From IMG/VR virus record IMGVR_UViG_3300005976_000005, positions 36,448 to 100,447 of that record: 64,000 nt of DNA. One strand, written 5' to 3'. A program made the position numbers and the translations under genes. Source of the stretch: a virus. Position 1 is the first letter of the stretch; every line of letters begins with the position of its first letter. Below, piece after piece: positions 46,458 through 55,529 of this stretch. The notes under the pieces were generated by a model. The model saw only the letters and a program-made list of their open reading frames with translations. It made no database searches and had not been told where the DNA came from.

Positions 46458-47986
46458 ATCTCCTTTTTGAGTCTTCTAAAAACTCCAGCATGTTGTTTAG
46501 CAACTGCCTTTGAAACTTTTGGCGTTTCTCCCTTCTTAGCCATCTCTATTGACTTGTTCAAAGCATTTAGGAGAGAAGACCACTTTTTAGCAGCAGGAGC
46601 CTGTCCCTGCGCTCTTGCTCTCTCAAGTTCTGCTTCAAACTTTCCAGTCAAAGCATCCACACTCTTTACCAAACCTTCAGTACTATCCTGTTGAGTAATC
46701 TCTATATTCGCGTCACCATTCTGAATTCTTCCAACTTCAACATACTTCTCAATTGCGTTTATGAGATTTTCTGATTGACCCTTTGATTTGAATATATCAG
46801 CAAATAAGTCTATCCTATCCTGACGAATAGGAACGAGTCTCTGATACTGCTTCTTCAAGTTATCAGGAACAAGATTCATTGCCATCTGTCCCTTCTCCTT
46901 TGGATTTCCTTCACCCGCCATTATCTCAGCAAACTCTGGCATCTCTATAACAGTTGTAAGAATTTTATTCAACTGAACTTGATATTCTGTTCCAGAACCG
47001 TGAATTGGAAGAAAGATATGCTTCTTCGTCTTTTCCTTACAATATCTACATTTTCTACAATCACCCAAACAATGAACTCCCTTGTTCACAGTAACTCCAT
47101 TGAATTCATGTAGCTCGTTTCTTTCTACCAAATCCATGACCTCGTTGAACTCATTGAGTTCAAGAGGAACAAAAGCATTGTCCAACATGAATCCAGAACC
47201 ATTGACACAAATGTTTGGTCCCAAGTCTCCAATGTTGAGGTCTGTTCTGTGGGTGTATGTGTAGAGCTTCAAGTCAGAACCCATACTTATAAGTTCCTTT
47301 CCAACTTGTCTGAGCTTTTCAACATCATCAACACCAGCCATCTGCGCTTTCTTCTCTTCTGGAACTCTTGCCAAAAGCTCTGGGTCAGATGGAAGATTTC
47401 TAAATTCACCAGCTTCATTGATTCTGATGTACTTTATTCTTGGCATTACCTCTGTAATATTGACAAGACCCTGAGCAATTCCTCTTGGTGTCAAACAAGC
47501 CCATTGTTCTTCGTGTCTGATATTTTTCTCCATTGATCCTTTCCACTGCTTCTCAAATCTCAAAGCATAACACTGACCATTAGGACCAAGTTTACAAGTA
47601 CCGAGAATAGCGGACATACAGTTACCGGCAGTTGACATATTGAGAAGAACAGTATCACCACCAATCTTCGCATTACCAGCGGCAACTTCAAAATCTCTGA
47701 CTTCACCAGTCTCCGGGTCTGTTACCTTTGTTCTTGTTCTGTTCTCTTTCTTACTCTTTTTTTCTTGCTCGTTCAAACTGTCATAATGCTCATATGCTTC
47801 TTTCAGTGACTTGAATGTCTTCCCATCTCTGGAAAGTCTTATTACATCATGTTCTACTAATTGAGGAAGATACTTCAAAGGAATGCCAATTTCCATTTCA
47901 CCCCTCTCATTGATCGAACAGAGGTCCAAATCAATTGGCATCATGAAAGTATTATCTTCAAAATAGTGGTCAATGAATCTGTCCAT
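46454..47986 (-). CDS. GP88-like cysteine-cluster protein, CTS-like N-terminus
   Basis: NAKIG, NC...C...CYA, IRINEAGEF, YTYT, CLGDCRKCRYC. Confidence 0.6.
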   Translation of the reverse strand: MDRFIDHYFEDNTFMMPIDLDLCSINERGEMEIGIPLKYLPQLVEHDVIRLSRDGKTFKSLKEAYEHYDSLNEQEKKSKKENRTRTKVTDPETGEVRDFEVAAGNAKIGGDTVLLNMSTAGNCMSAILGTCKLGPNGQCYALRFEKQWKGSMEKNIRHEEQWACLTPRGIAQGLVNITEVMPRIKYIRINEAGEFRNLPSDPELLARVPEEKKAQMAGVDDVEKLRQVGKELISMGSDLKLYTYTHRTDLNIGDLGPNICVNGSGFMLDNAFVPLELNEFNEVMDLVERNELHEFNGVTVNKGVHCLGDCRKCRYCKEKTKKHIFLPIHGSGTEYQVQLNKILTTVIEMPEFAEIMAGEGNPKEKGQMAMNLVPDNLKKQYQRLVPIRQDRIDLFADIFKSKGQSENLINAIEKYVEVGRIQNGDANIEITQQDSTEGLVKSVDALTGKFEAELERARAQGQAPAAKKWSSLLNALNKSIEMAKKGETPKVSKAVAKQHAGVFRRLKKEI

Positions 47987-48001
47987 ATTATTCTCTCCTG
48001 T

Positions 48002-48161
48002 TTATCTGTTTAGAACTTCTTGTATTTCGTCGTATGCTTGTGACTGGTCACTTACAGAACCAGTAATCTCTCTGCGAATTTCGTCAGGACTTACTACTGT
48101 ATATTTTGTTTTTGTTATTTATCCAAGTTGACTTACCTGAACCAGGTATTTAAATAAGCAT
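48002..48161 (-). pseudogene. polynucleotide-kinase-like (AAA_33) remnant
   Basis: MLI*IPGSGKSTWI, then frameshift to VSPDEIRREITG.VSDQS. Confidence 0.7.
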
Positions 48162-48170
48162 TATGAAATC

Positions 48171-48701
48171 TTAAAATCCCAATTGCTTTAACTGTTTAAT
48201 TGTATCATCTGCGTTTTGATGGTGTATACCAATACCATCCCCAAGATTTATCCAGTCATTGATTTTCTTATCATAATCATCTATGAGTATACTTTCTGTA
48301 TCTGCGTGCTCATATTTATCCTTAGAAAAGATATAGTGCACATCTTCTCCAAGTTCTCTCTCAATCCAGATTTTTTTACCTTCTTTACAGAACTTGCTTC
48401 TTGTGGGAGTTGTTAATATCGTAGGATTATATTTTTTGATGTAGTTCCAAAGTTTCTTACCGTCAGGTGTCCAGGGCATCTCACTCCAGAATTCAAGCTT
48501 ACCGTTTTCTGCTATGACTTTCCAAAGCTCTTCTCTTCCATACTTATCTTCGAACTTATGCCCTTCCAATCCCTTGGTTACTTCACTTCCAAGATTTTCA
48601 AATGCTTTTTCCCACCAACAGATTACACCATCCATATCACAAAAGATTTTCAATTGACTTTCCTCATTCTCATACAAATAAAGCATTTCAAGAATTCCCA
48701 T
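48171..48701 (-). CDS. HAD-family 5'(3')-deoxyribonucleotidase-like protein
   Basis: IFCDMDGVI, ILT.P, GKKIW, ILIDD. Confidence 0.85.
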   Translation of the reverse strand: MGILEMLYLYENEESQLKIFCDMDGVICWWEKAFENLGSEVTKGLEGHKFEDKYGREELWKVIAENGKLEFWSEMPWTPDGKKLWNYIKKYNPTILTTPTRSKFCKEGKKIWIERELGEDVHYIFSKDKYEHADTESILIDDYDKKINDWINLGDGIGIHHQNADDTIKQLKQLGF

Positions 48702-48952
48702 CAATTCGCTCCTTGGTTTCTATACATTCTCATTTTATTGGTTATTTCTTCTTCTGTATTAGCAAGGAAAGTATCATTTGTGTCAGGCATAGTGAATGTG
48801 TATGCTATCTACCACCATCCATTGAAATTTAGTCCATACTTATTGGCGAGAGATTGACCTCTTCTCATTAGTTTTTTATCCTCTTTGGATAAATTAGTAT
48901 CCTTTAACTTGATCGTTTTCTCTATCATATAAAATTCTCTAAATTGTAACAT
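48701..48952 (-). pseudogene. 83-codon gene with one in-frame TAG (48809-48811), CTS-like N-terminus
   Basis: MLQFREFYMIE; frame continues past TAG to a TGA that overlaps the next ATG. Confidence 0.5.
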
Positions 48953-48968
48953 TTTTTCTCCCAAAATG

Positions 48969-49333
48969 TGGTGGAGCTGACGGGGACTTGAACCCCGTGT
49001 CCTGAATACGTCGCTGAAAACCTCGTTCACATGGTTAGTCTCTTTCTAATCAGTCATCATAATCGTAAAAAAGACAAAGACAATTATGATGACCCAACAA
49101 AGTCAATTCGGTCCCCTTCTCTATGTTGGCTTCGGTTGTCCTATCCTTCTGTCTTTTCCCTAATCCATCTTAGAAGGAGTCAGATGTTTCGGGCGCTACT
49201 TTAATTAAGCAGCTTGTGCGTAAGCGTAATCTTCTGCGCTTGTCTTTCGGTCAGCTTTTTTTCGTGGCCAACTGACCAACCACGCCATGCAGCTTTTCAA
49301 CTAACACACCCAGTCGAAAACCATTACAGCCCC
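48969..49333 (-). ncRNA. ssrA: tmRNA, tag (A)AEDYAYAQAA
   Basis: 5' GGGGCTGTAATGGTTTTCGAC, 3' T-arm and CAGCTCCACCA with G3.U pair, PK1 pseudoknot, tag frame 49237-49205. Confidence 0.95.
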
Positions 49334-49339
49334 ATATTT

Positions 49340-49726
49340 TTAGTCTTCGGATGATGCCTTGAAAGTTGGTCTTCCCAAAGGTTCTCCACCGATAGCACTT
49401 GGTTCGTATTCGTTCTGTCTTATTTGCTCAGCTCTTACGTACTTCCAATCCTTTCCTTTGAGACCAATCTGGTCTTCAACCTTGGAAAGTAATCCCTCTA
49501 CACCCTCTGATGGAATGCCTTCAAACTTACCAATCTTGGTAATTGTACAAGCATCTGAGTAATACTTTGACCATTCTACGACACCCTTCTCTGCTCTACA
49601 AAGATTAAGGAATTTCTTTGGTTCGCCAGCATTATGTCTTTCTACATTGATAATTGCTACTTCCTGAGAAAGTCTCTCCAATTGTTGCTTGGATAGCATT
49701 TCGCTAAGCACTTCTACAAAAGCCAT
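49340..49726 (-). CDS. hypothetical protein, CTS-like N-terminus
   Basis: MAFVEVLSE; GGAG SD and own promoter. Confidence 0.7.
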   Translation of the reverse strand: MAFVEVLSEMLSKQQLERLSQEVAIINVERHNAGEPKKFLNLCRAEKGVVEWSKYYSDACTITKIGKFEGIPSEGVEGLLSKVEDQIGLKGKDWKYVRAEQIRQNEYEPSAIGGEPLGRPTFKASSED

Positions 49727-49800
49727 TTTAGGTTTCTCCTGTTAGATACGATTTATTACAATATAACATAATTATTTATAGTTGTCAAATGTTTTTCTAA
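49710..49800. repeat. 91-bp direct repeat copy 1 (promoter + RBS + MAFVEV start)
   Basis: Identical to 50982-51072; contains TTGACA-17-TATATT with TATAAATA inside the spacer. Confidence 0.95.
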
Positions 49801-50579
49801 ATTTCCTTTTCTTTAATTTTTTCAAATATGAAATTAGCAATTGATTTTTCACTACAAATACGATTCCACCAATCTAAAGTTTTATTTTGATATTCTTGTT
49901 GTATATTCTCATCTAATATTATATCATAAACTTTTGCAACAATTTCTTTATCATTAATGTTTAACATAGGACATTCTTCATAAATGTAATTTTGGGGCTG
50001 ATTAACCGACAAAACAATACATCCACTTTTGGCAGCCTCAAAAAATCTGAAAGTTTCGCTATTAATATTACCAGTTGGACAAAAAGCAATTTTTGTATTC
50101 ATCAAAAAATTGGAATAATCTTTTCCAGAAAGTCCTTTTGCAAATCCATTACTAATATTCAACTTAACCAAATCTGCAAAGTTATTTGTAATAAAATTAA
50201 GAAGATTTCTTCTATGATTTGTTGGTACTTGACCGGAGAAACCGATATAGATGTTTCTATCTTTAATACTTTTCATTTCAATATCTTGAAAATTTTTAGT
50301 ATAACCCAAAGGAATTTCAAAAATATTTTCTTGATTTCTGTTATAGTGTCTAAATCCTAAAAATATATCATTATTAAAACTAATAGGTCTTCTCCATTCA
50401 TCACTAAGAATTAAAGCAATTGTTTTTTTACAATTATGTGATTGACATGATAATTGTTCTAAACTACCAATCAAAAAATCATATTTTTCAAAATCTAAAT
50501 CTTTTTTTGAAAGCTCATTTAAAATTTTGTCTATGTATTTTTTTTCATAAAAATTTTCAGCAAGCCATTGTATTTTCAT
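49797..50579 (-). CDS. exostosin/GT47-like glycosyltransferase
   Basis: FSGQV, YSNFLMNTKIAFCP.GN...ETFRFFEA..SGCI. Confidence 0.7.
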   Translation of the reverse strand: MKIQWLAENFYEKKYIDKILNELSKKDLDFEKYDFLIGSLEQLSCQSHNCKKTIALILSDEWRRPISFNNDIFLGFRHYNRNQENIFEIPLGYTKNFQDIEMKSIKDRNIYIGFSGQVPTNHRRNLLNFITNNFADLVKLNISNGFAKGLSGKDYSNFLMNTKIAFCPTGNINSETFRFFEAAKSGCIVLSVNQPQNYIYEECPMLNINDKEIVAKVYDIILDENIQQEYQNKTLDWWNRICSEKSIANFIFEKIKEKEI

Positions 50580-50583
50580 TTAA

Positions 50584-50980
50584 TTATCCTCCCACAATTT
50601 CTTCAACTGGTTTTTTTAGAGACCAATCCGCGTCCATAATGTTCTTTGGAAATTTTAATTCGCCTGCTTTTATCAAAGGAATTTTATCAGTCTCTCCCCT
50701 CCAAACAATATACCTCCATTGTTGTTCATTCAACTTTGATCTTGAAATATATTTATTCGAACGAGAATGCCATAAATGATAAGTATTAAATTCATCTAAA
50801 TCAACTTCAAATTGATTTCTTGTTTACAATTATATTGTAATGATTCAAAATCTATTCTATTCTTTTGTGCCGGAGTAATTTGTGATAAAATACTACTCAA
50901 TTCTTTAGAGTATCCACTTATTTCTAAAAAATCAACTAATCCCTCGTCACAATTGCTAATACAGGTTTGTTCACAAATGC
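50584..50980 (-). pseudogene. 5'-truncated, frameshifted glycosyltransferase-like fragment
   Basis: No start; frameshift near 50822; TYHLWHSR motif; ends just before the GT47-like start. Confidence 0.5.
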
Positions 50981-50981
50981 A

Positions 50982-51072
50982 ACTTCTACAAAAGCCATTT
51001 TAGGTTTCTCCTGTTAGATACGATTTATTACAATATAACATAATTATTTATAGTTGTCAAATGTTTTTCTAA
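50982..51072. repeat. 91-bp direct repeat copy 2
   Basis: Identical to 49710-49800; its ORF ends after 20 codons. Confidence 0.95.
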
Positions 51073-51938
51073 TTCGTTCTTTCCAATATTTGAGTTATTC
51101 TTATAGCATCATCAATATTACTTTCTACTTTATCATCTAACAAATCTTTAAAATAACCAATTGAATTATTTAAGTTATTCATTTCATCAAACGCAATATT
51201 TTGTTTGGACTTAATCATTTCGTCAGGAAGAGCCGAATACTTCTTATCATATCTAACTATCGAAACTGGAATGCTATTAGTCGTATCATATCTTGCAAAT
51301 CCTTTACTTCCATAGACATTGACACAAAATTCTTTTTGATAAAAATTCAGACTAACATCTAATCTAGCTTTAAACTTTTTATCAATCTTAGAAATACATT
51401 CTATCGAACCATTTGTACATTTTCCGTCATAATACATGTATTCTTTGAAACTAAAATCAAGTTCATATAAACTAAAAAATCTAGGAAGAACTGATAAGTG
51501 ATGAGATGCTAGTAACCAAAACACATCATAGTTCATAAATCTACCCAAATGTTTAGTTGACATTTCAATAAACTCTATTTCACCAATATCCTGAGATTGA
51601 ATATAATCTAAACCTTTTGAGAACATTTGAGTATATTCAACAGCAATTTTCAAATTTCTCTCTTGTGCTAATTCTGCCAATTCTTTTGCTTCTTCATATT
51701 TTAGAGTTATTGGTTTTTCTACAAATACATTTTTACCAGCAAGAAGAGCTTTCTTTGTCAATTCATAATGTGTCTGTATTGGAGTTACTATAATCACAGA
51801 ATGAATAGATTTGTCATTCCAAATAATGTTTAAATCCGTCTTAGAATCTGCCGCAATAACTAAATCAAAATATTTAGGAATGTATTTTATTATTTTACTT
51901 CCCCAATAACCTTTTCCAATTAACGCTACTCTATTCAT
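51069..51938 (-). CDS. Gfo/Idh/MocA-family oxidoreductase
   Basis: GKGYWG, THYEL..ALLAGKNVFVEKP. Confidence 0.85.
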   Translation of the reverse strand: MNRVALIGKGYWGSKIIKYIPKYFDLVIAADSKTDLNIIWNDKSIHSVIIVTPIQTHYELTKKALLAGKNVFVEKPITLKYEEAKELAELAQERNLKIAVEYTQMFSKGLDYIQSQDIGEIEFIEMSTKHLGRFMNYDVFWLLASHHLSVLPRFFSLYELDFSFKEYMYYDGKCTNGSIECISKIDKKFKARLDVSLNFYQKEFCVNVYGSKGFARYDTTNSIPVSIVRYDKKYSALPDEMIKSKQNIAFDEMNNLNNSIGYFKDLLDDKVESNIDDAIRITQILERTN

Positions 51939-52888
51939 AATTTTGATAACATCCTTTTAAATTGTTCAAACCTATGATACTCTGTATGATTTGATAAAAC
52001 AAACTTTCTTCCGTTAAATCTTATATGGTCAAAGCTTCCTGGATAACTTATTATCGCACTCATCACTTCCCCAAAATTCAAAGCATCTACATGAATATAA
52101 TTGACTGAATGAACGAATCCAAGTTTCTTCATATCTTCACAAGAATCCGATAACAATAAAGAACCAACAGAAGGAATCTCAAAATGTTTCATCAAAGTAT
52201 ATCTCACAATCGCACACGAAGACAAACAACATCTATATTGATAAAGTGTATTTAAAAAGTCATACTTAAATTTAAAACCAGCTCGAAGCGCTTCTTCTGT
52301 TTTAATTTTGTAACCGGGGTGGTTAAGATTTTCAACAAAATTTCCATATTTTTTTAAAACCGTTTGTCTTAAAGGATAGTAAAAACCCAACGCACCAGAT
52401 ACTAAACACTTATTTTTAGGATTTTCATTCATAGGAAGTCTTCTTGAATAATCTGAATTACCAACAAATTGAGGAAACCATTCTGCCTTTTTTACAAACT
52501 GAGGCCACATATTTCTAAAAGCTTCATCATACGCATACATTATTCTGTCACATCTTTCCATTAACTTTTCACTTGCTTCAAAAAATTTGTTATTTTCCTC
52601 TTCCCTTTTAAATTTTTCATGCCAAGGATGAAGATCAATAAAATATCCAATAAGTTTTTGGCTTTTAGGTAATTTGTATAAACTCTTCATCAAATCTGGT
52701 TCGTTCTTTTGGGGACTCTTGAATGTCATAACAACATCATATTTCTTCAATTTAGTCGGACTAATATCATTACATACAATTCTATCAAACCCAAGATTAT
52801 TCTCAATCAACTCAAACAAAGGCAAATATGTTTCAAATGAAGCAAAGTTACCACTATAAACTTCTGGAATCAACAGACACCCTTTCAT
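51935..52888 (-). CDS. glycosyltransferase (CgeB/GT-B-like)
   Basis: YPLR, NLNHPGY, KHFEIPSVGSLL, F....NYI. Confidence 0.65.
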   Translation of the reverse strand: MKGCLLIPEVYSGNFASFETYLPLFELIENNLGFDRIVCNDISPTKLKKYDVVMTFKSPQKNEPDLMKSLYKLPKSQKLIGYFIDLHPWHEKFKREEENNKFFEASEKLMERCDRIMYAYDEAFRNMWPQFVKKAEWFPQFVGNSDYSRRLPMNENPKNKCLVSGALGFYYPLRQTVLKKYGNFVENLNHPGYKIKTEEALRAGFKFKYDFLNTLYQYRCCLSSCAIVRYTLMKHFEIPSVGSLLLSDSCEDMKKLGFVHSVNYIHVDALNFGEVMSAIISYPGSFDHIRFNGRKFVLSNHTEYHRFEQFKRMLSKL

Positions 52889-54021
52889 TTATTCAACTCC
52901 TGATATGCTTTATTTATCTCAAGACCCATTCTGTTACAACGCAGATTACAACCAAAACAACTTTTCTGAGCATTCCAATTCGGATTATAGTTTTTCATAA
53001 TCATATCCTTGAATTTATCCAAGTCAGAAGTTACTTTACCTATCCGGCATTGCTTACCTGTAGGGGTAGCCGTCGTGCTACACTTATACACATATCCATC
53101 AGCACCATAAGTAATCTGATAATATCCATAAACACACTTCTCAAAGTCAAACTTATCAACATCTGTAAACTCTGGTCCTGTATAAAATATATATGGCTTC
53201 TCTGATTTACTTCTTGAAAGATAAGGACTCAAGCGATTATAATAATCTTCATCGTCTGGAAGTTCTCTTTTGTATTTGTATTCTCTAACCTTATCAAAAG
53301 TCTGATTATAGTTGGCAAACGGAATAGAGAATCGCAAACTATCGACTCCTATTCTTCTAGCATGTTTAACAATGGCTTCAAAATTTTCATCGTTATCACT
53401 ATCATGAGATATCAAATAACACATTCTGATAGCATGACTCGGCTTACCTACTTTACGACGAATCTCGGTTGCCATCTCCAAACCTTTTAAAATCTCGTCA
53501 GTAAATAGCTCTTTATGCTTAGTCCCCTTTGTTTTAGCCCAAGAGTCGGGCAAACCGGCATCAACGCTCACTGAGAGATAATCAACATCGTCAGTAGAGA
53601 TTCTATTCAACTCCGTCAAGAAACCCGTTTTCTCTTCAAGAGTTGCTAGTAGACTTCCGTTTGTGTGAATACCGAAATGATTTCCATACATTTTAGTAGT
53701 TGCCAGATAAGCCATACAGTATGGATTCATCAAGGGTTCCGTGTATGCTCCACCATAAATATGAAAAGGAATTGCTCCTTCAAGTTTGTGTAGTAAAGCG
53801 AGACCATCAGATTCCCAGGTTCCTAATGATTTATCAAACAATTTACCAGCACAATGAGGACAGTGAAGATTACATGCTTTTTTATGGTCACCAGGAAGAT
53901 GTATTTCAAATTGCCTTGGAAATATGAAATCTCCATTAAAAAAGACTTTAGGGTCTTTTATATGAGCAATTAACTGGTCATAATAATGATAAGGCGGTAG
54001 TCTCATGTCAATTCTTTTCAT
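52885..54021 (-). CDS. radical SAM protein
   Basis: CNLHCPHC, GGA.TEPL, TNG, C-terminal CVYG...DGYVYKC. Confidence 0.85.
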   Translation of the reverse strand: MKRIDMRLPPYHYYDQLIAHIKDPKVFFNGDFIFPRQFEIHLPGDHKKACNLHCPHCAGKLFDKSLGTWESDGLALLHKLEGAIPFHIYGGAYTEPLMNPYCMAYLATTKMYGNHFGIHTNGSLLATLEEKTGFLTELNRISTDDVDYLSVSVDAGLPDSWAKTKGTKHKELFTDEILKGLEMATEIRRKVGKPSHAIRMCYLISHDSDNDENFEAIVKHARRIGVDSLRFSIPFANYNQTFDKVREYKYKRELPDDEDYYNRLSPYLSRSKSEKPYIFYTGPEFTDVDKFDFEKCVYGYYQITYGADGYVYKCSTTATPTGKQCRIGKVTSDLDKFKDMIMKNYNPNWNAQKSCFGCNLRCNRMGLEINKAYQELNK

Positions 54022-54022
54022 A

Positions 54023-54700
54023 TCAATTCTCCAAATAAAAATGTGGATATTTTTCTCTCAACTTCTGTTTATTATTTTCTTTATTTATTGTTGCTCTATT
54101 TGAATTAAAATTTGTCCCAATCCGATAATACAAAAAAGTATCTGGACATTTCTTGAACTTAAAACCATGGTAAGCACAATTTAACCAAAAATCATAGTCG
54201 GAAGAACCGTTAATAAACGATTCATCAAAACCACCAACAGACTTCCAAACATTCCTTTTAAACATTGCAGAACAATGAATGAAAGGTCCGCGACGAATTC
54301 TTTCAATATCAAATTCTGGCCAGTTGAACATTCTATTTAATTCTCCAAAACATTGAGAATTTGAGTAAGAAATGTCGACTTCATTTTCAACAATGTTGTC
54401 ATAGTTTGATTGTATGTAGTTACTTGGAATCTTATCGTCAGCATCAAGACAAATTATATATTCACCTTTAGTATTTGCGATTCCAATATTTCTTGTACTT
54501 GGTGTCTGTAGATTATTTTTGTTTCTAATAACTTTACAACCCAAACTTCTCGCAATATCATATGAACCATCTGAACTACAATCATCTACAACCAAAATAT
54601 CATAGTACAAACTTGTCTGATTACGATTAATGGATTCAACACACTCACTAATATACTGTTCTTTATTATAACAAGTAACTACAATAGAAACCATTTCCAA
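54023..54700 (-). CDS. glycosyltransferase family 2
   Basis: VVTCYNKEQYI, VVDDCSSD, RNIGI, LDADD, DYDFW. Confidence 0.9.
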   Translation of the reverse strand: MEMVSIVVTCYNKEQYISECVESINRNQTSLYYDILVVDDCSSDGSYDIARSLGCKVIRNKNNLQTPSTRNIGIANTKGEYIICLDADDKIPSNYIQSNYDNIVENEVDISYSNSQCFGELNRMFNWPEFDIERIRRGPFIHCSAMFKRNVWKSVGGFDESFINGSSDYDFWLNCAYHGFKFKKCPDTFLYYRIGTNFNSNRATINKENNKQKLREKYPHFYLEN

Positions 54701-54754
54701 TTCATCCTTTACAATAGGTTTTCATCAAGTCTTCTAAAATTAACTCAACAATTT

Positions 54755-55366
54755 CTATATATTTTGATTTATAATTTCAATCAGTTCTGATGATCTATTA
54801 TCATAAGTATGTTTCGACTTTACAGTTTTATGTCCGTGTTGACTGATCTTCATCATCTCTAATGGATTATCAAGGTAAAAATAAAGCTTTTCAAAAAAAT
54901 CTTCCAAAGAATTATATATAACCAAATCCTTTTCTAAATCAAATAAGTTATCAATTTTGTCAGTCTTGTTAGTAAACAACAAAGTATTACATCCTAATGT
55001 TTCGAAAGTCCTATAGTTTATGTCATTACTAATATTTCTATTCCAATGTATTTTGTATGAATTCACTGCTCTAACCATTTCCTCACCTATTACAAATATA
55101 TCCTTCTTAATAGGAAAATGTTTAGATATGTTATCCAACCAATTTTTACGATTACAATAATTGCCACAAAAACCCAAATCAACATTCTTTTCAACTTCAT
55201 CCATTGGAAAAATTAAGTCGCATGGGTACGCATTTGGAAACCAATACTTTTTTGGAACTCTAAACTTGGGGATGTATTCTGAAGTAGAATTCAGCAAAAC
55301 ATCAATATTTTGTCTCTTACAAGTTGATATATGTTGATTCAGAACAGTTAGATATTTTATGTACAA
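54755..55366 (-). CDS. CgeB/DUF3880-like glycosyltransferase, probably 5'-truncated
   Basis: FPNAYP, GFCG, NYRTFETLGC, HTY.NR; upstream region degraded. Confidence 0.6.
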   Translation of the reverse strand: MYIKYLTVLNQHISTCKRQNIDVLLNSTSEYIPKFRVPKKYWFPNAYPCDLIFPMDEVEKNVDLGFCGNYCNRKNWLDNISKHFPIKKDIFVIGEEMVRAVNSYKIHWNRNISNDINYRTFETLGCNTLLFTNKTDKIDNLFDLEKDLVIYNSLEDFFEKLYFYLDNPLEMMKISQHGHKTVKSKHTYDNRSSELIEIINQNI

Positions 55367-55529
55367 ATATGCAACATGATGTTGCTATTGTGAGAAAATA
55401 ACCTAAAAGAATTTCCAAAGAATTTATCTTTGGAAAAAAGAAACCTATAACTGGATTTAGATTTCTTAAAAACATTATATAGTTCTATCCATGATTTAAT
55501 ATTGTTTGATTTTAATCATTTATATATCC

